A DNA stretch of 20,000 nucleotides from Vicugna vicugna (taxonomy: Eukaryota). Positions within the stretch are counted from its first letter, which is position 1. Every line of letters starts with the position of its first letter. Shown here piece after piece: positions 1-8,755 of the stretch. The translations under genes and the position numbers were made by a program. The stretch covers positions 368,175 through 388,174 of the forward strand of contig PNXW01004639.1 of assembly GCA_013265495.1 (NCBI GenBank), in the 5' to 3' direction. The notes under the pieces are model-generated. The model ran no database searches. It was given only the letters and a program-made list of their open reading frames with translations, and was not told the origin of the DNA.

Positions 1-364
1 GCTGGGCTGTAACTCACACGTTTAGGAACCTTATCTCTAGGAAGAGGCACTGTCATGAGAAAAGTCCCTGAGTCATAGATGTCTGAACCATTAGCATCCA
101 GAGGGTTTTAGTGTTTCTTTCATGTCAGGGAAAGCCATATATTGTTGGTTTATTTGTGAGAACTGTTAATCTTGATGAATTTGATTGAGATGAATTTGAT
201 TAGGTTATATATTTTAAACAATCTACTCTTGTAAAGGTAATGCCTTCCCTGTCCCTTAAAATTCATTCAGTAAAAGCATCTGTTTGATATCGTTCATGTC
301 CAGGCCGTCTCTCTAAACCTCAGGGATGCACCGATGTGTAATGAGTGTTCGTTCAGGTAGTCCT

Positions 365-557
365 GGTGCCAGGCAGAGTTCTAGCTGATTTCACACGGCG
401 GTTTTATTTAAGTCCTTGCGCAAACCTTGCGGGGGAGGTATTATTATCCTTGTATGAGGAAACAGAGGCTTAGGGAATTTCAGGGATGCACACAGATTCA
501 CCAGCTTCATGAAAGACGGCGCTGGAATGGGACATACGTCTTCTGGTTCTAAGTCCA
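365..557 (-). mobile_element. MIR SINE (ancient, diverged)
   Basis: Follows the reverse-complement MIR consensus in order: gtgccaggcagagttctag ... ggaggtattattatcc ... atgaggaaacagaggcttaggga ... cacacag ... tctggttctaagtcca. Boundaries approximate. Confidence 0.85.
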
Positions 558-1184
558 CTTCCAGGACGCATGTGAAATGGATGGATTTCTAACGAAGGGG
601 GAAGCCTTTCACTGTGCTGTCATACTTACCTTGTTTCCATCTTCAGGTTGTCATTAGCACCCTTAGATCAAGTGTGCCACTGTGCTTCATAAATTATCTT
701 CAGTTGATCATTTAAATTAAAATGTGAAAAGGCACTCTACCAGCAATTACCACCATCAAGCAAGCAAGATACATGGTTTACTCAAAATGATGTAGTGCAT
801 CTTCTTGTTTCGCTTTAGAACATCTTAGAGGTATAAGGAAGAGCCGCAAATTTGTGCTTGTATATTCTGGTTTATGATATAAGCAGTTCATTTTGTCTAT
901 GTGTGCTGATTTGTATAATTTTCCTATAATTCTCTGTTAGTCTGATATGTCCTTGTTTTACTGCAGGTTTCTTAGTTCAACAAAGTTCGGGAATGATGAA
1001 AGAATTGAGCTAGATATAAATGCTTGATTTTTGGTGATGTATCATCATCAATTGCAGGAATTATTCCCAATTTCATTATAGATGTTTTAAGAAATTACTG
1101 AATAAAAATAATTAGAAGTCACATATAGTTTTTTCATTGATTATAAGGATAATCATCACTATGCTAATGGAAATAATTCTTTTC

Positions 1185-1390
1185 TTGGAGTACCAAGATG
1201 TAGGCTTGAAACTTGGCTATCTGGTTCAAAACCTTTGAAACTCTGGGCAAACTGAATGTATGTCTTTATACTTGAGTTTTCTGTTTTGTAAAAGGATTAT
1301 ACTAGCTTCTGCTCTACCTGCCTCACCGAATATGAAATAAGATGGTATGTGAGTGCTTTGGAAACTGTAAAGTACTTTAAAGATGTATAC
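1185..1390 (+). mobile_element. MIR/MIR3-type SINE (diverged)
   Basis: ttggagtacc..tgtaggcttgaaacttggct ... ctctgggcaaact ... cttgagttttctgttttgtaaaagg ... aaataagatggtatgtgagtgctttggaaactgtaaagtact resembles the MIR core plus a MIR3/MIRc 3' end. Confidence 0.7.
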
Positions 1391-4374
1391 GCATGTACAC
1401 ATTTACATGCCAAATGTTATGTTTATATTGCCACATAAAGTTTATATTGTCCTTGACAATAGAATTTTAACCAGCTTATCTTACAATTAAAAGTATATTG
1501 ATATATACAAAACTTTCTATATCTTCAAAATAATTATTAAGAAACCTGTCAAGGATATTAAATTCTAAGTCCCTTCCTAGAGCTGTTTTCTAACAACGTC
1601 CTGAAGATGGCACAATAACTACACTTTGGCTCAGACATTAGTAAAGAAGAGGCTTTAAGAAAAATGTATATGCGGTTAAAACACTCAATTTTAAACAAGC
1701 CTTTTCTAAGTTTGTGGAAAAGAAAATTTTGGAGCTTTTTAACCAATGCCCGTTGTTTTCACATTACAAAAGTCATTTGTTTGATTGTGCCTTGAGGAGT
1801 AACGGGTAATTGGTCAGAAAACTGATAGAATCTGAGGTTCCTGACAGAAGTCGGGTTAGTTCGCATTGTACCGTGTTATCAACACATTTACCCTTGGAAC
1901 TGTGAAACAGCCGATGCACTCATCCGCTATCTTCTGCATGATGTGCAATCTGCACCTAAATGCCAGTTTTTATTAGACACTTTAGGGGGATAAGGGCTGG
2001 CAGAGAGAAAAGATTAGCTGAAAAATTGTTTTATTAAAATATGAAATACAGTGGGGCCTATTCTGAGGAAAAATGATAACAGGTTGCATTATTTCTGTGG
2101 GGTTGTAATACTTATTTTAAAAACATTCATCTGCACGAGGCCAGCTTTATATTTTACGACAACGCGTGCTTGGTGAAATCCGCAACTGTGACAATGTATC
2201 TGCTGTATTTATTGAGTATCAGACCTCTGGGTCATTGTTCTCAGCCATCTCTGAGACTTACCTGTTTTCACATGTCACACAGTTTACATACCTACAGCGT
2301 GTACAGTGTAGGGTCTCTGCCTTTATTTGAAAAGATTTGAAATGTAAATATAGCCAATAATGTACTTCTATGCATTTATATCCAACTATCAGGCATAATT
2401 AGCGTTGTGAATTTATTTGTCATGAGTATAAATCCATATTTACTTTCTTATAGCCTGTTGAATAAATACACAAATGAAAACTTATTTTCACAAGTAAGTT
2501 CTTTTCTGAGTGGTTAGACAGAAGAACTGGTGTTTTTATGGGTGTTGGCAGATTGTCTCTCACTGGAAGGGAACTCCTTAGCTTAAGCTGTAGAGAACTG
2601 AACTTTAGTCCTGACGAAACTGTCGTTTGATAAGATTTGAATTGAGTGATTTCTTATGCCATTCTGACAGCACTGAGATGCTAGAGTGATGTGAGCAATT
2701 CTGACAACTTGAAGCTAATTGCGGACTTACTTTGTCCTGAGTCAATATCCAAGACCCCCGAAGTGTTTGGAAATCTAAAGTGATATCGTTTTGGCCATTA
2801 GTAAATCATAGAAAAGTCAATACAGTCCTCCTGGTTGAGATGGAGTCTTATAAAATTAAAGTGACCTGAAATTAAATGAGTGTCTGAAATTTCACCAGTT
2901 TATAAAGTTAGAAACTGAAAGTCTTAAATTTTCCATCAGTATGGAAATTCTCTTCTTGCATTTTTCTTTTGGAATAAACTATTTGCTTACCTAAAATATT
3001 TTAGGCCTTTTATGTTCATAATCTTTAGATAATGAAAATGACATTACACATTCAGAAAATTTTAGATCCTGATGCTTACAAAGACTCTCTCCCAAGTCAT
3101 CAAAGGAACAATGGATGGTTCAAAAGTGTCTAAATGCTTATTAACTTGATTGTCAGTAATGTCTCAATTTGACCCAAATAGTGTCAGTTTGACAATATGC
3201 TTTTAAAGATGTCTCCATCTTTATGTTCATATTTGTGAATATACCGTATTGCTGCTGTTAGCAATGTTTTCAAAACTGTCCATTTATGCATGTATCTAAG
3301 GATCTTTTCTAGTGTATTTTTCACTAGTTGTCTCCATTTTAAAGGAGATTTTATTTTAAAGCAATGAGTAAAACCGATGAACAAAGGAAACAAGCTAATA
3401 AAGAAAAAAGAAAAGGAAAGTTGAAAAAAAAAACCCTAACTTTGTAACTTATTTTTAATTGAATCTCAAAGAATCAATCCATTGTTTGGAGAGTCTCAAA
3501 AGATTATGAGATATTATTATTTGATTAAAAAGAAACCTGGCTCCTAAGTCATAATGTTTGTATGTAATTGAATTCAACCTCTTTTTTCTTTCATCGTAGT
3601 GTGGCACTTTGTACAGTTGTCAAGCTGGTGAAACCTTCTGCATCAATATTATAGCACAGCCTATAAATGACCAGTGAACAGACTGATACCTTTTCTTTCA
3701 AAGGTGCCCCAAACATGCCACGATATCTTCAATAAGTTCTGAGATCCACAGTCTAGAATCCAATGATTTGGAAGAATGTCATATGTTAACTCAAGGAGCA
3801 AAACTGAATTAGCAAACATTGGTGCACACACACCACAGACTGAACTATTACTCAGAAATCCTGACAAGTGGTGGCTGTAGCTGGGAGGGTGCTGGCTGAC
3901 CGTGGTGATATCTCATTGTAATTACGTAGTTGTTCATATTTTCTTGAATAGATTTTAAAACTTGGTTTTCTCTACCTTATATAGGAGATTGGTTGTCATC
4001 ACCTCCTATTAATAAAACCATATGTATTTATAAACAGCATGCTTTTCTAAAATGACCTCTTCTAGTCACACAACAATACGTATCACAAGGTTTCAGGAAA
4101 CATGAAGAAGGAACATAGCAAGCTTCAAGGAGGAGTGTTAGAAAATTTACTAGTTTATCTTAATTTTCTTCACTTAATTTGTTTTTAAAACAAACATTAT
4201 TTCATTTTTAAACTTTTTTTTGGCATTGGTTTCTTCTGTAGTATGAAGAGTCTACCTTTAGCATCTTTCTCTATGAAAACAGCAATCTGTAAACTGGATC
4301 TATTTTATGGTGTCTTAGGCTACTATCAGTTAGAGAGTATGCCATCTTCTGTTCCAAAAGACTTTAAAATACTA

Positions 4375-4500
4375 GCCATTTTAATGATTTAGATGTGGCG
4401 TTAGGTGAAGAAGAGAAGGTGCTGTGAATGATTGCCAGAGGTTTCTTAACAGCTTTAAGACTGTGTGATTTTCTGAATGAAGTTTGGGTGTTCCCAAAGC
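4375..4500 (-). mobile_element. L2 LINE fragment (probable)
   Basis: gatttagatgtggcgttaggtgaagaagagaaggtgctgtgaatgattgccagaggtttct resembles the antisense L2 motif gatgtgggg..gagagggaggagtcaaggatgactcccaggtttct. Confidence 0.4.
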
Positions 4501-5334
4501 AATACCATTAGTCATGGTAAGTTAAATTATTCATATAAGCCAACTCCTGATCTTGTCTAAATAATGCACGCTAGCATGTGTGAAGCTTTAGTAAAGTCAA
4601 TGTTATGCCCCTTGGCAGAGATAAAAGGGATGAACTGAAGGAAAGGGACCCCAACTGCATTTGTGAGAGCATCACTAGGAGGCTCAGTGAATGGCTCCTG
4701 GTTTCAGTCTCGCTGATGTCTTCTTTAATCGGTGAAAACTCAGGAATACCCACACCTTCCTTTAGGAACTCTTACTTCTCAGAGAACATTCAGGGACTCC
4801 AGTGACAAGCTCACACCAGGTGGCTTCTCTCACAGTTGGATCAGCATTGCTGCCATATTACTTTGGTCGTCTGGTTTGGGTGGTCGTTGCCAGGAAGGGT
4901 GCAGGGCCCTCGTGATGGCTTTGCTCCCTCTAACTTCTGTCAGTCACTCCCGCTCACCCTGGAGACCAGTACCAGTCAAACCCTTCTCAAACACAGCTGG
5001 GATCTTGACACATATGGGTGAAGGGTATTTTCTTTGCCCACCCAGTGAAAGATACATAACCTACTCTCTTTCCTTTTTGTTTTAAGTAAGAGAATTAAGA
5101 GCTAAACTCATAGACAGTTGAGTAATCACTGCCCAGCTGCTGTTTCAAGTACTGTGTCACCCAGCCTCTCTTCCTTCTGTTTCAGCAAATTCATTAAGTC
5201 CATTAAACACATCAAGCAGACTCTGCTTGGTTTTATTCCTTGATGCCTAATTTTGTAAGCTACTCCACGTCCTCGTGGAAATAGGTGAAGTATAATTCTT
5301 AACCAAATGGATCTCGATCTTTTACACAAGAACT

Positions 5335-5830
5335 TTAAATGTCTCCCAGTTTTCTACTGTATCAATTCTAAGTTCCTGCGTGCAGTTTACAAGATTCTCT
5401 GCTCTGTGAATTTAATCTCCTGCAGTTTCTCCAAATGCACTTTCTAATTAGGCTCATTTCCTTAAGGTTCTCTGAGGCTGTCATGCTCACTCTCACCTTT
5501 GCTTTCCCTGGAGCCAAACATCTTGTCTCCACTGCTCTTTCTTATTCCGCACTCGTAAATACATCCCACTATTCTGTCCTTTGGGGACAGGGTATAAACC
5601 CTGCCTTCTTGATAAAGCCTACCGTAATCATTCATGGATCTTCCCCTTTACTATTAAAATTTTCAGTCTCTGTGCTGCAAAAATGTAAGTTATTCATACA
5701 TTTTTCATCACCTCCTTAACTATAAATTACATTTCAGAGTTTTTGTGGGGAGGGCTTATGTCTTCAAATTCTTATGTTTTCCCATAGTGTCTAAAATAAG
5801 GTTGAGGACTTGACTCAGAAAACATTTTCT
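5335..5830 (+). mobile_element. L2 LINE 3' portion
   Basis: Pyrimidine-rich and collinear with the L2 3' region: tttaaatgtctcccagttttctac..ctaagttcct ... catgctcactctcacctttgc ... ccttcttgataaagcct ... ggagggcttatgtctt ... cccatagtgtctaaaata. Confidence 0.6.
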
Positions 5831-5859
5831 AGTGGAGATCTGACCTCTGTAAACTCATT

Positions 5860-6185
5860 CATTCCAGATTTTTAGCATCCTTTAGTTGGAATACAGTGTA
5901 CCTCCACCCTCCCCTCTGCTCCTCACCATCCCCTAGCCTTCCATGCTGCTCTGGCTGGTGAACCAGGAGCAGAAAGGGCGTGTCACTATGAGCTGAGGCA
6001 GATAGGAGCTGGTGCGTCTCCCTCATCACTCTGTCTTCTCTTCTGATGTTGGAATCACGCATTCCCAGTGGCAGTATTAGAATTCAGGTTTTCTGAGTTC
6101 AGGTGGACAAGAAGTACACCTATATTGTTTTGAGCCATGGAGACTTTGAAGTTTGTCTCTTGCAGAAGTTAACTGAATTATCCTC
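5860..6185 (+). mobile_element. Old ERVL/ERVL-MaLR LTR fragment (MLT1J/K- or LTR16/33-like)
   Basis: The 3' part ttgttttgagccatggagactttgaagtttgtctcttgcagaagttaactgaattatcct resembles the MLT1/LTR16 terminus tttaagccactgagatttggggttgtttgttacagcag..tatcct. The 5' boundary is uncertain. Confidence 0.5.
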
Positions 6186-7094
6186 AGGACTATGAGGTTA
6201 AAAATTATTGCAGATAAGTTTTACAGAATTTTCAGTTATGTGTGTATATGTTTTATGGAAACTTTTAAGTATCAATCCATAGAGCTACATTGATCTAGAA
6301 CTCCATGGAGTTCCTGCCCCTACTCAGGAACTTCTGAGTGAACTAAATTGTTCCGTCTACAGAAAACAGAGGTACATGTTTCATGATTTTCTTAGCTACT
6401 GCGAACGTTGGCTCCGACTTCATTTTGGCATCAAACGTCGTTGATACTGTTTCTGAGTCTTCTGAAAGGTAGTAATCTTAGTTGGAAATATGATTAGCTG
6501 ATGGTTGATCAAGAGGATTGACCCTGGAACTTGGGGTAGTATTCAGAGTTCTTCTTTTGGTCTTAGAAAAATACTCAATGAAAAGGACTTTGTCCCCTTT
6601 TACGTTGTGTTGGACAAAATCTACAGAAATATTCTGAATTATAAGGGAGGTTCCATGTTGTGTAGTCTCAATAGGTAGCATAATGGAAAAAGTGTGGATT
6701 GGAAAGTCAAGGAGTGCAGGTGAATCTGATGCTCCATGATTCCACCTTTATTCCTTCATGGTTTTCCCTTATCAGTAGATCCTGTAGATGTTCACCGGTA
6801 AGGAGTGTTCAAAAACCTCAACCGTTGAGGAAAGCTATAGCCTTTACAACCTTCTCATTTTGAACGATGAAGTTTTAAGTCTCAGGTTTTTCAAATTTTA
6901 CATTTGTTAACCATGTGTATGCTGGCATAGTGGCTTAATAATAATTATTGGGCACATAATGTGATGGAGAACCTTCAAATTTATTTTGTATATTCAAAAT
7001 AAAAGTTAGATCCAGACAAAAAATATCCAGATAATTAAAAGATAAAAATATGATGATAAGAGATGCCTAGAAGATAAAACTTCTTGTATATTAT

Positions 7095-7940
7095 TGGTAG
7101 GAATACATTCTTTCTGGAGAGCAGTTAGGAAATGTACATCAAGATCCTTCAAAATAGTTGTATATGCTTCTCCAGTAATCCCACTTCTCAAACTCTATCC
7201 TAGGGAAATAATCAGGGCTCATATCACATGTAAGTGTATATTGATTTTTTTCTAGGTTTTTTTTTTTAATTTATAAATGCTGTCTTAGTCAGTTTGGGCT
7301 GCTATAATAAAATACCATGAACTGGGTGGCTTAAACCACAGAGATGTATTTTTCATGGTTCCGGAGTCTGGGAAGTCCAAGACCAATGCGCTGGCCAATT
7401 TGGTTCTGGTTTGGTCCCTTTCCCTGTCTTCTGGCTGTGTCCTCACATGGCTGATGTCCCCGCTCTTCTTACAAGGAAACTAATCCTTTCATGGGAGTCC
7501 CATCCTCATGACTTTATCTAAACTGAATTCTCTCCCAAAGGCACCACCTCCAAATACTATGACATAGAGGGGTGTTAGGACTTCAGCATATAAATTTTGG
7601 GAAGACACAGTTTAGTCCGAAGTCCAAAAAACTAGGGGCTTGGTAAGTATATTTTGGTACATTTTGATGATGATGTATTTACAGTCACTAAAAATATTAC
7701 TTTAAAAAGAATTTAAAATATTTAACAACTGGGAAAATATTCACAATATTAACAGAAAAATGGATATGAAACTATATATGCTCCATGACTCCAACTTAAT
7801 GAAACTCGTATAGCTATGTTGAAAAAAACAATGACAAGAAATACACAGAAATAGTAGTGTCAGTGGTTTTTATATGATGGAACTGTTAGAGGTTTTAGAA
7901 AATTTTTGTGTATTTCTATATCAAGGAGTTTTTACATGTA
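7095..7940 (+). mobile_element. L1ME-like LINE 3' region, interrupted by an MLT1 LTR at 7281-7624
   Basis: tttctggagagcagttaggaaatgtacatcaa ... ccagtaatcccacttctcaaactctatcctagggaaataat matches the L1 ORF2 C-terminal DNA motif. After the LTR it resumes with L1ME 3'UTR-like motifs (ggaaaatattcacaatatt, aagaaatacacagaaatagtag..cagtggttttt). Confidence 0.7.
7281..7624 (-). mobile_element. MLT1A/MLT1B-like ERVL-MaLR solo LTR
   Basis: Classic antisense MLT1 sequence: tgtcttagtcagtttgggctgctataataaaataccatgaactgggtggcttaaacc ... ggagtctgggaagtccaaga ... ctgtgtcctcacatgg ... catcctcatgac ... ccacctccaaatac ... ttaggacttcagcatataaattttgg..acacagtttagtcc. Confidence 0.92.
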
Positions 7941-8164
7941 GAAATGAAGAACATAGAAGAACATATAGAAACTAATGAGCCATTAAAATGAACATCATTT
8001 TTGGTCAGTGGAAATGACCAAATTCTGCTCAGTTATACTGAACTTACATCATGTTGTTGTCTTTCTATAAATGCATTTGCTGTTACTTCATAACAAACAA
8101 ACAACAGGAACAGAAAATCCTCTTCATCTTCTTGGGCTTCATCCTAGCCATCAGGACAGTTGAA

Positions 8165-8405
8165 TGAAGAGCCTTTCTGACTCCCTTCAGGTTAAGTTAT
8201 ATGCTCTTTTCCTCTACTCCTATTACATCTGTTATATTCTGGTATAATGGTATTAACATGTAATTGGTTTTCTTGGCTCTGTTCCCTGCTGGATTGTAAG
8301 TGTTTAGCTCTTTGAGGTCTTGAATGTCTTTCATCACCATGTTCTTAGCATTCTAGCACAATGACTGGCACATAAACACCAGTCTATAAATGTTTGTTGA
8401 TTGAA
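8165..8405 (+). mobile_element. L2 LINE 3' end
   Basis: gaagagcctttctgactccc ... ctggattgtaag ... ttcttagcattctagcacaatgactggcacataa ... ataaatgtttgttgattgaa matches the L2 terminal motif and tail. Confidence 0.8.
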
Positions 8406-8418
8406 AAACGGTTACAAT

Positions 8419-8520
8419 TGTGAAGGAAAAGCTGGGCTGGTCTAACAAGATAACTCACAAGTCTAGGAATGTGAAGGAGAGGCTGGGCTGGGCTAACAAG
8501 ATAACACACAAATCTAAGTA
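8419..8520 (+). repeat. 51-bp tandem duplication (2 copies) at the LTR U3 end
   Basis: tgtgaaggaaaagctgggctggtctaacaagataactcacaagtctaggaa (8419-8469) vs tgtgaaggagaggctgggctgggctaacaagataacacacaaatctaagta (8470-8520). Confidence 0.95.
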
Positions 8521-8715
8521 TTGGAATACTGATCTGAGTTCTGCTAGACTAACTTGTAAATCTAGGTTAATTAGTGTTGGTTTGCTGTTCATGATTTTTG
8601 CTAGCCAGCTGGGTTTTCAAAGATACATATCTGGCTTTGGAATGTTGGTTTGCTGCCTCCCTGCCTCCACTACTGCCTCCACTGATGATAATGCTGCTAA
8701 AGCTGTTCCATGCCT

Positions 8716-8755
8716 ATTGGCCAAATACCCCAAGCTTGTACTTTACCCTATAAAA
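8716..8755 (+). promoter_or_regulatory. LTR core promoter motifs (CCAAT box, TATA box)
   Basis: ATTGG at 8716-8720 and TATAAAA at 8749-8755, at the expected U3 position of the solo LTR. Activity cannot be shown from sequence. Confidence 0.6.

Noticed and set aside
174..201. Short direct repeat gatgaatttgatt x2 (similar micro-duplications near 1421-1450 and 7947-7970)
   Set aside because: Ordinary slippage-type micro-duplications.
3395..3433. AATAAA followed by an A-rich run, as a possible processed pseudogene end
   Set aside because: No TSD and no recognisable upstream mRNA-like or L1 sequence.
3575..3870. Two plus-strand acceptor-like sites (ttttttctttcatcgtag; cttttctttcaaag) as possible coding exons
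   Set aside because: All frames stop within about 110 nt, no good donor follows, and the peptides are unrecognisable.
4571..5085. Cluster of four overlapping ORFs in a GC-richer patch
   Set aside because: Fewer stop codons are expected at higher GC. There is no recognisable protein or exon structure, and I could not assign the patch to a repeat either.
7999..8021. Small hairpins, e.g. tttggtca-N7-tgaccaaa here and gaagagt-N7-actcttc near 13052-13072
   Set aside because: Stems of 7-8 bp are expected by chance in 20 kb and are too short for a pre-miRNA or MITE.
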